The notes beneath the pieces are model-generated. The model worked only from the letters and a program-made list of their open reading frames with translations, ran no database searches and was not told where the DNA came from. From assembly GCA_016215335.1 (NCBI GenBank), contig JACRKE010000015.1, positions 1 to 41,070 on the forward strand: a stretch of DNA of 41,070 nt, given 5' to 3'. Position 1 is the stretch's first letter, and each line of letters starts with the position of its first letter. The position numbers and the translations under genes are program-made. Source of the stretch: Candidatus Vogelbacteria bacterium. Lineage in GTDB: Bacteria > Patescibacteriota > Minisyncoccia > Phycocordibacterales > JACRKE01. This document shows positions 27,571 through 37,233 of the stretch, piece after piece.

Positions 27571-28984
27571 TACGCAGTCTTTTTAATGTCTCCTCCTTCC
27601 CTATTATAAACGCTACCTTAAATGGGTCTGGAGACTTTTCTTTGCCTGTAAGGGAGTACCGCATTGGCCAGAGTACGTTACCCCTCCCCTTCTCTGTGGC
27701 GAAATCCCATATTGCGGATTTTATATTTTCTGCGATGAAGACGTTTTCTTCAATTTTTTCAACGATAGAGATTAATCCAGGAATAAAGTCAGTGGTTTTA
27801 ATCAAATCCCTAGTAATTTGCGGTTCATGAATCACGTAGTCAAATTCTCCGTTACCAACTTGCTCTCTGAGTTCGCCAAACGTATCTACGTGCTCAATCA
27901 TAACTGGCAGTAGTTTGTCGAAAACCGAGTCGGAAATTTTGGATAACTGGGTCTTCTCTGTAAATTCTTTTACTTTAGCCTTTAAATCTTCTGTAGAGAG
28001 TCGCCTAATATGCTCCTTGTTCATCCACGCCAATTTTTCGTCATTAAATTGCGCTCCGGCCTTTTGAAGTTTGTGTATATCAAACGCCGTTACTATTTCT
28101 TCTTGCGACATAATCTCCTGCTCTCCACCTGGATTCCAACCAAGAAAAGCCAAGAAGTTAAACAGGGCTTCCGGCAAATATCCCTCTCGCATATAGTCTA
28201 GAGTATCCTTGGCGCCTTCTCTCTTGCCCATCTTTTTGTTGCCACCTTCTCCCATAATCGGCGGTGCTGTAATGTATACAGGTTGTTTGATGTTGAGCGC
28301 CTCATAGACAGCAATGTAGTTCGGCATCGAAGAGATGAACTCCTGTCCGCGTATAATGTGCGTCACACCCATCTCAATATCATCAACCAGGTGAGCAAAA
28401 TTGTAAGTAGGAAAGCCATCACTTTTTATTAGGATAAAATCATCAAGGACTTCTTGTCCCGCAGTCAATTCTCCGCGCACCGCATCGTGCCAGGTTGTAC
28501 GCTTTAGATCTACCACTTTGAATCGAAGTGGAATCCCTGGCTTCCATTCTGGCGGATTTGTGGGGCGTCGTTCACGGAATAAAAATGCCTTTTTGCTTTC
28601 CTCTGCTTGCTTTCTATATGTATTTAGCTCTTCTTCTGTTGTAGCATCTGCATACGCAAAGCCGCCCTTGATTAGTCTGTCAGCGTATTTTTTGTAAACA
28701 CCGAGTTGCTTCATGCGTTCAGATTGAATATAGGGAGCAAACGGACCGCCGACATCCGGGCCTTGGTCCCAGTCTATACCGAGCCATTTTAACGTTCTCT
28801 TGATATGATCAATAGAGCCCTCCACCTCTCTTCTTTTGTCCGTGTCTTCTATGCGTAAAATAAAGGTGCCGTTGTTTTTTCTCGCCCATAACCAAGCAAA
28901 AATAGCCGTACGCACATTTCCAACATGCATAAAGCCGGTTGGCGACGGTGCAAATCTTGTAACTACATTTTCCATTTTACTCAT
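27554..28984 (-). CDS. gltX: Glutamyl-tRNA synthetase
   Basis: 476 aa with RFAPSPTGFMHVGNVRTA (HIGH region) and a KMGKR (KMSKS-like) motif. Confidence 0.93.
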   Translation of the reverse strand: MSKMENVVTRFAPSPTGFMHVGNVRTAIFAWLWARKNNGTFILRIEDTDKRREVEGSIDHIKRTLKWLGIDWDQGPDVGGPFAPYIQSERMKQLGVYKKYADRLIKGGFAYADATTEEELNTYRKQAEESKKAFLFRERRPTNPPEWKPGIPLRFKVVDLKRTTWHDAVRGELTAGQEVLDDFILIKSDGFPTYNFAHLVDDIEMGVTHIIRGQEFISSMPNYIAVYEALNIKQPVYITAPPIMGEGGNKKMGKREGAKDTLDYMREGYLPEALFNFLAFLGWNPGGEQEIMSQEEIVTAFDIHKLQKAGAQFNDEKLAWMNKEHIRRLSTEDLKAKVKEFTEKTQLSKISDSVFDKLLPVMIEHVDTFGELREQVGNGEFDYVIHEPQITRDLIKTTDFIPGLISIVEKIEENVFIAENIKSAIWDFATEKGRGNVLWPMRYSLTGKEKSPDPFKVAFIIGKEETLKRLRNALSL

Positions 28985-30107
28985 GCTCCAACCCGATGCT
29001 TATTAATGCCCCCGCTATTTTAGAGGCCGCGTTCGGCTCAAAAAATTTCTTAGCTCCCCTTCGCATCTCTTCCTGTAGAGCAATACTCGAAAGAATTCTA
29101 TCAATTTCAGAAAGCAATATGTGCGGCGCAAGATTTTTCTCTTCTATTACAACTGCTCCACCTGAGGCAGCATAGTTGTAAGCATTTCGTCTCTGGTGGT
29201 CTCCGTGCGAGTTCTCTTTCGGAATTGGAATTATTATCGACGGGACTCCCCATGCAGATATCTCAAATATAGTTGAGCCGGCACGTGAGATTACAAGGCT
29301 ACAAGTCCCGGCAATCATTCTTTCTGCAGAAACATCAAGATAGTCATATATCTTGTAACGATTTTTCTCTGGCATTCTGTCTATGAGTACATTTGCCCGA
29401 CCTTTTATGTCCTCATAATTAACTTTGCCAACCTGATGCACTATGGTGTATTTTCTTATTAAGTCTGGCAAAACATCCAGTATCACATCATTTATGTTCA
29501 TAGCTCCAGTTGAACCCCCAGTAACATAAATTATTGGAATACCGACTTCAGCATCAAAAAACTCTCGCGCTCCCGTAGTAATTGGATCTATAAGTTCACT
29601 TCGTACGGGGTTACCGGTAACTGCAACTCGATCCTTGGGAAAATAACTTGCAGCTTCAGCGTATGATACGCCTATGTACTGAGCGAACTTCCCTGCCCAT
29701 TCATTTACTCTTCCTGGGACTGAGTCAGATTCATGCAACACGACGGGAATCTTAAGAAGCTTGGCTGCGAAAAGTGCCGGGAAACTTGCATAGCCGCCCT
29801 TTGCAAAAATTACATCTGGAAACAGCGCATACAATTTCCAGGTAGCTGAGATGAGTCCTATCCCTGTTTTAAAATAATCTAGGATATTCTTTAGTGAAAA
29901 ATAAACCCTGTTTTTACCGGCAGGTGCCTTAACGAATGTTACATGGTTTTCGAATAACGCTCGTTTATTGTACTCATCGTCAGACATGAAATATAGCTCG
30001 ATTCCGACGTATTTTTGTTCCTCTGCGATTTTTTGAATAGCCTGTACTACTGCAATAATTGGATAAAAGTGTCCTCCAGTACCGCCACCTGTAAATAGTA
30101 TCTTCAT
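28977..30107 (-). CDS. murG: Lipid II-forming glycosyltransferase MurG (longest ORF extends to 30185)
   Basis: MKILFTGGGTGGHFYPIIAV G-loop and a GT28 C-terminal domain. The ATG at 30105-30107 is 10 nt after the ftsW stop. Confidence 0.9.
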   Translation of the reverse strand: MKILFTGGGTGGHFYPIIAVVQAIQKIAEEQKYVGIELYFMSDDEYNKRALFENHVTFVKAPAGKNRVYFSLKNILDYFKTGIGLISATWKLYALFPDVIFAKGGYASFPALFAAKLLKIPVVLHESDSVPGRVNEWAGKFAQYIGVSYAEAASYFPKDRVAVTGNPVRSELIDPITTGAREFFDAEVGIPIIYVTGGSTGAMNINDVILDVLPDLIRKYTIVHQVGKVNYEDIKGRANVLIDRMPEKNRYKIYDYLDVSAERMIAGTCSLVISRAGSTIFEISAWGVPSIIIPIPKENSHGDHQRRNAYNYAASGGAVVIEEKNLAPHILLSEIDRILSSIALQEEMRRGAKKFFEPNAASKIAGALISIGLEHE

Positions 30108-30117
30108 TGTTAAGTTT

Positions 30118-31206
30118 TTAAGTGTATTTCGAAATATTAAGAAGTATGCCAACCTCGACAAATGCAAACAGAAGTGCGGTGCCACCGTGGCTTACAAATA
30201 CTAGGGGTACTCCTGTGAGTGGCAAAATACCTAGCATCGCTCCCATATTGACGAACGACTGAGCAGTAATGAGTATAACAATTCCAGTCGCGAGAAGTCT
30301 ACTAAATGGATCGGGCGCATCGCTTGCGATCTTCATGCCTCGCAGACCTAATCCCATGAACAAGAGTACGAGAATTGAACTTCCGATAAATCCAAACTCT
30401 TCACCAGCTACCGCAAATATCGAGTCTCCAATAGATTCTGGCAAATAATTAAATTTCTGAACACTTTGTCCAAAGCCTCTGCCACCTATACCTCCTGAGC
30501 CAATTGCTATTAGTGACTGTCTTATCTGATACGAGGCACCGAGGGAATCACTTTCGGGATCGATGAAGGATTGAATTCTTTGCATCATGTATGGCCTTAC
30601 AGATATGAGAATTATTAAGCCGAGGAGGCCGCATAAAATAATCGAAACAATGTGTTTCCACGGAGCGCCTGCGGCAATATAAATTCCAAATGCTGCCGCT
30701 GCCAAAACAAGAAATGATCCCGTATCAGGCTGTTTTATGATTAGCAGTGCTGCTATGCCGAGAGTAAAAATGAAGGGCAATAGGCCATAGACGATGTCAC
30801 TACTTTTGTCTTTATATTTAGAATACCAGTGTGATAGAAATAGTATAGTTCCAAATTTCAAAAATTCAGCAGGTTGGACATTAATCGGCCCAAGCACCAG
30901 CCATCTTCGCGCTCCACCAGAGGCAAAACCTAATCCAGGGACGAAAATAAGAGCGCATGCGATAATTGACGAAATAAAAACAATTACTGCTATTCTGTTC
31001 CATTTTTTGTAATGCAGAGAAGATACCGCAAATATGCCCACCATGCCCATTATGACAGCCACTGCTAACTGTTTTGTAACTACAACGCTAAAGTCTGCCC
31101 CAGCCTTAGTTAATAAGCCGAAAGCCGCAGAAGTAAAAATAAAGAATCCAAAAAAGATTAAAACTACTACAATTATAAATAACGTCTTGTCTGGTTTATT
31201 ACGCAT
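30118..31206 (-). CDS. ftsW: SEDS-family peptidoglycan polymerase FtsW
   Basis: 362 aa, about 10 TM helices, with PDTGS and AVAGEEFGFIG blocks. It lies between the ATP-grasp gene and murG. Confidence 0.88.
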   Translation of the reverse strand: MRNKPDKTLFIIVVVLIFFGFFIFTSAAFGLLTKAGADFSVVVTKQLAVAVIMGMVGIFAVSSLHYKKWNRIAVIVFISSIIACALIFVPGLGFASGGARRWLVLGPINVQPAEFLKFGTILFLSHWYSKYKDKSSDIVYGLLPFIFTLGIAALLIIKQPDTGSFLVLAAAAFGIYIAAGAPWKHIVSIILCGLLGLIILISVRPYMMQRIQSFIDPESDSLGASYQIRQSLIAIGSGGIGGRGFGQSVQKFNYLPESIGDSIFAVAGEEFGFIGSSILVLLFMGLGLRGMKIASDAPDPFSRLLATGIVILITAQSFVNMGAMLGILPLTGVPLVFVSHGGTALLFAFVEVGILLNISKYT

Positions 31207-32191
31207 CTAGATCTCTTATGACTTTTCTGTATAGATTTTCTACGCGTTCAAGTTGAACTTCGCCCATGGATGAGTAATGTTCAAGTCCTGGATGATCGTT
31301 AATCTCTATAACAGTATATGAGGATAACTCCTTTCTCAGATCTCCTTCAGTCATGATATCAATCCCGCACAATTTTAAGTTCATTTTCCTAGATACATTT
31401 ATCGCTAATCTTCTCCAGCTCTCGTGTACATGGTTTGACAAGTCTATCGATTCGCCGCCACAGGACATGTTCGCATTGTCAAGCAATTGAAGCTTCTCCC
31501 CACTTTTAGGTATAGTTGATAATTGAATATTATACACTTCACTGACTCTCTTTTTAATTCTTGGGTCTGTCGGTTCGATAGCTATATGTCTTCCAGACAG
31601 TCTTATTCCTTTTATTCTATTGTCTGCGAGCTCAAAAATCGTATCCTTATCGTTACCGATTACGCTAAATGGTACCCTTTCATACACAATTGGATTTGAA
31701 TCAGCGTAGACTATAAAGCGGTAATCTCGTCCCGGCACGATTTTTTGAATGAGTACTATATTGTCTATTAGAAAAAGATCTTCCAGCGTTGTTGTCAGTT
31801 CTGTTTCATTGTAAATCTTATTGACTCCATTTCCTTGAGCTTTTGAATTTGGTTTGATAATAACTGGATATCCAAGCTCGTGAGCGTATGCTATGGCGGC
31901 CTTTTTATTGTTACAAGTGTTATTTGCTACGCACCACTCATCGCTGAAAAAGGCCTTTCCCACCGGGACATTAAATCCAAGAGACTTCATAAAGTTGCTC
32001 GCGTAATCCTTATCAGTAGCAATTTTAGCCGCCGCGCTTCCGTTGCAATCAAGCGTTGCTAATTTGAAAAAACACGATTTTCCACTTTTGAATTCGATTC
32101 TTCCCGCCTGAGTGAAGTTAGACTCTAGGATTACGGAGTAGCCCATCTCCTTGGCCAGTCGAGCTAGGATGCTGCTTGTAAATGGTTGCAT
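31199..32191 (-). CDS. Stand-alone ATP-grasp ligase resembling the cyanophycin-synthetase/RimK-type ATP-grasp domain
   Basis: 330 aa with DKDYASNFMKSLGFNVP, GYPVIIKPNSKAQGNGV, VPGRDYRFIV, NMSCGGESIDLSN and GIDIM...IEINDHPG. It sits where murD normally lies. Confidence 0.7.
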   Translation of the reverse strand: MQPFTSSILARLAKEMGYSVILESNFTQAGRIEFKSGKSCFFKLATLDCNGSAAAKIATDKDYASNFMKSLGFNVPVGKAFFSDEWCVANNTCNNKKAAIAYAHELGYPVIIKPNSKAQGNGVNKIYNETELTTTLEDLFLIDNIVLIQKIVPGRDYRFIVYADSNPIVYERVPFSVIGNDKDTIFELADNRIKGIRLSGRHIAIEPTDPRIKKRVSEVYNIQLSTIPKSGEKLQLLDNANMSCGGESIDLSNHVHESWRRLAINVSRKMNLKLCGIDIMTEGDLRKELSSYTVIEINDHPGLEHYSSMGEVQLERVENLYRKVIRDLDA

Positions 32192-32195
32192 CTGT

Positions 32196-33251
32196 TTAAA
32201 CCTTTCCTATAAGAGCGATCGCAAGTCCAGCAACAGCAGATATAATGCTTACAATCCAAAAACGCATAACGACTTTCGTGGCAGGCCAGCCAAGCGCTTC
32301 GAAATGATGATGTATAGGTGCAACTAAGAAAACTTTTTTACCCAGAACTTTTTTTGATCCGATTTGGATTATTACTGATGCTGACTCGATCAAGAGTGGA
32401 AACGCAATAAGAATTAAAATTGGCACATTGTCCGTGAGAAAGGCAACCACGGCTAACGTTACGGTGAGACCTAGTGTTCCGGTTTCTGTAAGATAAAATC
32501 TAGCGGGTGGAATATTATACCAAAGAAACGCCAAGAGTCCGCCTACTACGACCGCACAAAAAGCTGCAATATCATACTGCTGTTGTATAAAAGCTATAAC
32601 TGCATAAGAAGCATACATTACTGAAAAAACCCCGCCCGATAATCCATCTAATCCGTCTATCACACCTCCAGAAAAAAGTGCGAGCATTACAATTACGAAT
32701 AGTGGAATAAACAGCCAGCCTAGTGCAACAGATCCTACAAATGGAATTGTTATCGCCGAAACACCTAACTTTACATAGAACCACCAAGCTCCTATGAGAC
32801 CGATTACTATTACTGATCCAATTCGTTTTGAAAGTGATAATCCTCCAGCAACGTAGCCTCCTTTCTCCTGTGTCTGAAGCAGGTCGTCAACCATTCCCAC
32901 GAAAGATGCTGCAAGCATGCTAAAAAGCAGTAGCCAGGTTTGATTTCTGCTTAGGAAAGAGAGCTTCGAAGTGACAAAACTGGGATAGAATGCAAACATC
33001 AGCCAGAAAATTAAAGTGGTTACAAATACACTCCCCCACACTATTACTCCACCCATTCTCGGCGTCCCAATCTCTTTATCCTTATGCAGTTCGTTGAATA
33101 TTGGAGTGCCACCACCTCCAAGCGCCTGTGTTCGAGCTTTCTTCTTCCACATCTTATTCTTGTACAAATAGTCGGTCAGCGGAGGGGTAATTGCCATTCC
33201 TACAAGAAACGAAATAAGAAGCGGCAGAAAAATTTTAGCTACATTTATCAT
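32196..33251 (-). CDS. mraY: Phospho-MurNAc-pentapeptide translocase MraY (longest ORF from TTG 33305)
   Basis: GTPRMGGVI, DGLDGLSGG and PIHHHFE motifs, about 10 TM helices. Confidence 0.92.
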   Translation of the reverse strand: MINVAKIFLPLLISFLVGMAITPPLTDYLYKNKMWKKKARTQALGGGGTPIFNELHKDKEIGTPRMGGVIVWGSVFVTTLIFWLMFAFYPSFVTSKLSFLSRNQTWLLLFSMLAASFVGMVDDLLQTQEKGGYVAGGLSLSKRIGSVIVIGLIGAWWFYVKLGVSAITIPFVGSVALGWLFIPLFVIVMLALFSGGVIDGLDGLSGGVFSVMYASYAVIAFIQQQYDIAAFCAVVVGGLLAFLWYNIPPARFYLTETGTLGLTVTLAVVAFLTDNVPILILIAFPLLIESASVIIQIGSKKVLGKKVFLVAPIHHHFEALGWPATKVVMRFWIVSIISAVAGLAIALIGKV

Positions 33252-33289
33252 TAAGAATGAAGAATACTCCTTACTTATAATTTGATCAA

Positions 33290-33365
33290 GCGACCTAGAA
33301 AACAAGGAGTGTAATCACGACTGTGTTTTCGGAAGTGCCCTTGTGGTGCGACCTAGAAAACAAGG
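33290..33365. repeat. 58-bp unit plus an 18-bp partial tandem duplication in the mraY leader
   Basis: gcgacctagaaaacaagg occurs at 33290-33307 and again at 33348-33365. The two copies bracket copy 1 of the 46-bp repeat (33304-33349). Confidence 0.9.
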
Positions 33366-33439
33366 TGAGAAGCGAGCAGTGCGCAGCTTCGTAAGACCTT
33401 TTGAGCTCGTATACGAGCCAAAAGGTGTACAGCTCCTGT

Positions 33440-33485
33440 AAGGAGTGTAATCACGACTGTGTTTTCGGAAGTGCCCTTGTGGTGC
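33440..33485. repeat. Second identical copy of the 46-bp repeat
   Basis: aaggagtgtaatcacgactgtgttttcggaagtgcccttgtggtgc is identical to 33304-33349. The two copies are separated by a strong hairpin, ccttttgagctcgta/tacgagccaaaagg, at about 33397-33425. Confidence 0.9.
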
Positions 33486-33489
33486 AGCC

Positions 33490-34431
33490 TCAGTCATTCA
33501 GTATGTTTGATGCAAAGTAATCTGACGTTGCATTTACTAGTTTTTGTATGTCATTGAATCTACCTGATTCCGTCGACCCCATTACAACTGCCACCATGGG
33601 ATGATTGATCCCTGCGTCGAACACAATAGCTAAATTTCCACCAGCCAGATCTGTCAAACCGGTTTTAGACACTAATAAAAGTGGAATTTTTTTCGCTACT
33701 CTGTTTGTGTTCATGACTTGTATGACCTTACCCTCAATGCTACTAAATTTAGCTTTTGACCTTTGAGTTACAATAAATTCCTCATTGTACGAATTTGCTG
33801 CATACCAGATCATCTTTGCAACATCTTCTGATGATCCTTCAGCTCCAGGGATACTCTCGGAAACATCCAGTCCGGTAGGATTTCTGAAATGTAAGGTTTT
33901 TAGGTTAAGTTCCTTTGCCTTAGCGTTCATAATATCAACAAAGTTATTTTTGTTTTTGTTTAGGTTATTGTCTTCTTCACCTAGTGGCATTCTCGCTATG
34001 GCGGCTGCCGCGGAGTTTGAGGATGACATTAGCATCCGCTCTATAAAGGAGCTCAGTTTCCATGTTGATTTGCTACCATTCTCTGTAAACTTTATTACGT
34101 TGTCCGTTTCATGATTCTCCATGGCGACCACGGCTGTCATTATTTTCGCAAGAGATGCGAGTGGCATTATTTTGTCTGATGATTTACTGAATATGATTTT
34201 TCCGCTTTCTGTATCGTATACTACGGCAACCTCAGCCTCTATTTTTGGCATATGTGCAATCTTTTTCTTTTCCACTTTGGGTAACGCGAAAAAATTATTT
34301 GGATTTTGTTCGAAATAACCTTCAATAGTCCCAGACAGCATGAGAAAAAGTGCTATCAAAACTGCAGATGATATGAGTGGTGCAATTGAATTTACTCCGC
34401 TTTTGCTATTCATTTTTACCGGTTGTTCCAT
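33490..34431 (-). CDS. D-alanyl-D-alanine carboxypeptidase (S11 family, low-MW PBP)
   Basis: 313 aa with a signal anchor, SxxK (SLAKIMT), SxN (SSN) and KTG (SKTGLTD). TGA stop. Confidence 0.85.
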   Translation of the reverse strand: MEQPVKMNSKSGVNSIAPLISSAVLIALFLMLSGTIEGYFEQNPNNFFALPKVEKKKIAHMPKIEAEVAVVYDTESGKIIFSKSSDKIMPLASLAKIMTAVVAMENHETDNVIKFTENGSKSTWKLSSFIERMLMSSSNSAAAAIARMPLGEEDNNLNKNKNNFVDIMNAKAKELNLKTLHFRNPTGLDVSESIPGAEGSSEDVAKMIWYAANSYNEEFIVTQRSKAKFSSIEGKVIQVMNTNRVAKKIPLLLVSKTGLTDLAGGNLAIVFDAGINHPMVAVVMGSTESGRFNDIQKLVNATSDYFASNILND

Positions 34432-34960
34432 CTGTATAATCTTTTATCACTTTCGAAAAGTGCTCCTTGTCTGGAAGCTCGTCGAGGGTTTTGATTCCGA
34501 GAAACGCCATGAGTTCGAGAGTGGGCTTGTATAGATAATTTTTTGTACTGTTTTCGGCCATTTTTCTTTCCACAAGGCCTCTCACCATGAGACTCCTGAG
34601 TATGTAGGTTGAGTTCACACCTCTTATTTTGTCTATTACTGACCTAGATGTTGGTCCTTCATAAAGTATGAGTGCGAGAGTTTCGAGCGCCGCGTTTCCG
34701 AGTTCAGCATCATCTTCGTTTTTGGTAAGATCCGCTACAAACTCGCTTACACTTTCTGATGTAGTCATTACTACTTTTTCGTTATTCACAATGAGGGCCA
34801 TGCCGGCGTTAGTATTTTTATATCGCTCGCCGAGGTCTTCTATGGAGTGTACTATCTGTTCTTCCGTGGCACCAATTTGTTTAGACAAATACTTGAAGCT
34901 GATTGGCTCACCCTTAACAATCAAAAGCGCTTCAATTTTTGCAGAAATAATCTTGTCCAT
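34406..34960 (-). CDS. scpB: Segregation and condensation protein B
   Basis: 184 aa with tandem winged-helix domains (EALLIVKGEPISFKYLSK...). It lies downstream of scpA. Confidence 0.88.
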   Translation of the reverse strand: MDKIISAKIEALLIVKGEPISFKYLSKQIGATEEQIVHSIEDLGERYKNTNAGMALIVNNEKVVMTTSESVSEFVADLTKNEDDAELGNAALETLALILYEGPTSRSVIDKIRGVNSTYILRSLMVRGLVERKMAENSTKNYLYKPTLELMAFLGIKTLDELPDKEHFSKVIKDYTDGTTGKNE

Positions 34961-35724
34961 TAGGCGTATCGGGGAACGTTAAACTTCTGTGATTCTATCT
35001 CTATTTCTTCAAAGTGGCTCGATTGCTTTAATGCCACTGTTCCCCTCTTTGCAAGCTCTAACAGAGCAAGGAAACTTACTATCACATGAACTTTTTCACT
35101 TTTTTCCGCTGTTCCTTTTTTTCCATGCATTTTGCTGAAGGTGGTACTCACTGCTCTTTCAAGTCTATCTACGATACTTGCCATCATTTGCTCTACGCTT
35201 ACAACTTTTTCAATTGCTTTTGATGGAATTTTATCCAGCCTTGGAACATTTAAAAGTAAATCTCTCATTGCGGCTACTATTCCACCCCACGATACCTCGT
35301 TCGTGCCATCCTCTCTATTCTTAGGAATACGGAAGGATATTTTTCTTTTGATAGGGTTTGCGAACAAGACGCGATTGTAATCGAATTGATTATGAATAAT
35401 CAGAGCCTTGTCCTTCATCTGCTTATAAATATTCAATCTTGCCTCCAAATCCTTTATATTTATTTCTTCCTCATTAGAAATTGGCAGATTTGGCAAAAGA
35501 GACCTTGATTTAATTAGCATCAAAGTGGCTGCAACGACTAGAAATTGAGCAACTTCATCCAATGGAACTGCTCGAAGAGTCTCTAAATGAGCGATGAAGC
35601 TATCTGTTATCTCTGCGAGTGACACATCGCTCACCGACATTTTTCTTTGTTGGACAAGCTCTAAAATTAGAACAAGCGGGCCATTTGAATTTCCTACATT
35701 AACCTTGAATTGGTCTTGCGGCAT
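34960..35724 (-). CDS. scpA: Segregation and condensation protein A (kleisin)
   Basis: 254 aa with GPLVLILELVQQRKMSVSDVSLAEITDSF and C-terminal FLALLELAKRG. Confidence 0.88.
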   Translation of the reverse strand: MPQDQFKVNVGNSNGPLVLILELVQQRKMSVSDVSLAEITDSFIAHLETLRAVPLDEVAQFLVVAATLMLIKSRSLLPNLPISNEEEINIKDLEARLNIYKQMKDKALIIHNQFDYNRVLFANPIKRKISFRIPKNREDGTNEVSWGGIVAAMRDLLLNVPRLDKIPSKAIEKVVSVEQMMASIVDRLERAVSTTFSKMHGKKGTAEKSEKVHVIVSFLALLELAKRGTVALKQSSHFEEIEIESQKFNVPRYA

Positions 35725-35747
35725 ATAGGTAGTATACCCCCACTACA

Positions 35748-35785
35748 ATGAAAATCGGCTGTGGATTACCACAGTCGATTTTCAT
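35748..35785. other. 17-bp-stem hairpin between aspS and scpA (terminator or attenuator)
   Basis: atgaaaatcggctgtgg-atta-ccacagtcgattttcat with one G.T pair. The T-tract lies on the plus-strand side only. Confidence 0.4.
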
Positions 35786-35798
35786 GAATTCACTTTTT

Positions 35799-37223
35799 TT
35801 ATTTGTTTTTTTCTATTGTGCGTATACCAAGTTCAGTAAGTTGTTCGTCGGTAGCAACACTAGGTGCTTCCATTATCGAAGCTTTTCCGTTTCCTGTCAT
35901 TGGGAATGCTATCACCTCACGCACTGATTGTTCTCCAAGTATTACCATGAGCAACCTGTCTATACCCGGTGCGATTCCGCCATGAGGTGGAACTCCATAG
36001 GTGAAAGCCTCGAGCATATGAGCAAACTGTTTCTTTTGCTCATCATTAAAACCGATGAGATCAAAAACTTTTTCCTGGATTTTAGATTGATGGATTCTTA
36101 CGCTACCTCCGCCGACTTCGTAACCGTTAAGCACAAGATCATGCTGAAGGCCTCTCACCTTGGTAGGATCAGTTTCGAGTAAACCTATGTCGTCTGGATG
36201 TGGAGCGGTAAACATATGGTGAGATGGAGCAAATTTGGATTTACCTGATCCGTGGAAGAAATCCTCTTCCGACTGTTCTGTGAATAATGGAAAGTCAACA
36301 GTCCATGCGAACGCTAGCTCATCTTGATCTTCTTTATTTTTGCGCAAGTCGGGTTTGTCCGTGCCGAATTTTTCCTTGGCCTCCTTGTGTGTTAGTCGCG
36401 GCCAGGGCTTTTGCATTATATGCTTCTCTGGAAAGATTGATTCCACCATTTCAGTAAACATCTTTTCCGTCAACTGCATTATCTCCTCTTGTGATGCGAA
36501 TGACATCTCCATGTCGAGTTGCGTAAACTCTCCGTACGCTCTGTCTGCTCTCGGGTCTTCATCTCTAAAGCATCTGGCTATTTGGAAGTATCTTTCAAAA
36601 CCGGCAACCATCAGCAGTTGCTTGTACTGTTGTGGACTCTGTGGAAGCGCATAAAAGTTGCCCTTGGATAATCTCGCCGGTACAAGAAAATCTCGCGCAC
36701 CCTCCGGCGTAGTCTTTGTGAGTATCGGAGTTTCGATTTCTACAAACCTTTCTTTGTTTATGAGATAGTCCCTGAAAAATTTGATTACTTGGCTTCGCAC
36801 TCTCATATTTCTTGTCATGCGCTCCCGCCTAAGGTCTAGATAACGGTATTTTAGCCGCACCTCTTCGCTCATCTGAAGCCCATCTGAATTTACATCGATC
36901 GGTGTTGTCTCCGCTTTGTTTATAACAGTCGCTTTGGTTATTTCAATCTCAAGACTGCCATTTTTTTCATTAGCATTCACAAGTTTTTCTGGTCGCTTAT
37001 TTACATTTCCTACTATTTCCACAACCCATTCACTTCTAAATGTCTCTACTGCCACCTTTGCTTCTTCGTGACTTGGAAGCAATACAGCCTGGACTTTACC
37101 GGACATGTCTCTTATGTCGAGGAATATAAGTTTGCCATGATCACGTCTCACATCCACCCAGCCTCTTATATGTACCTCTTTTCCAGTGTGCAGTGTTAGA
37201 TCTCCAATGAATACTCTCTCCAT
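35799..37223 (-). CDS. aspS: Aspartyl-tRNA synthetase, short bacterial-type form without the GAD insertion
   Basis: 474 aa with an OB fold, FYALPQSPQQYKQLLM and FQIARCFRDEDPRADR. Confidence 0.93.
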   Translation of the reverse strand: MERVFIGDLTLHTGKEVHIRGWVDVRRDHGKLIFLDIRDMSGKVQAVLLPSHEEAKVAVETFRSEWVVEIVGNVNKRPEKLVNANEKNGSLEIEITKATVINKAETTPIDVNSDGLQMSEEVRLKYRYLDLRRERMTRNMRVRSQVIKFFRDYLINKERFVEIETPILTKTTPEGARDFLVPARLSKGNFYALPQSPQQYKQLLMVAGFERYFQIARCFRDEDPRADRAYGEFTQLDMEMSFASQEEIMQLTEKMFTEMVESIFPEKHIMQKPWPRLTHKEAKEKFGTDKPDLRKNKEDQDELAFAWTVDFPLFTEQSEEDFFHGSGKSKFAPSHHMFTAPHPDDIGLLETDPTKVRGLQHDLVLNGYEVGGGSVRIHQSKIQEKVFDLIGFNDEQKKQFAHMLEAFTYGVPPHGGIAPGIDRLLMVILGEQSVREVIAFPMTGNGKASIMEAPSVATDEQLTELGIRTIEKNK

Positions 37224-37233
37224 ATAGGTTGAT

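Noticed and set aside
33315-33497. 60-aa minus-strand ORF in the mraY leader
   Set aside because: It consists almost entirely of the 46-bp repeat copies and the hairpin, and gives a basic low-complexity translation. The region is better explained as non-coding repeats.
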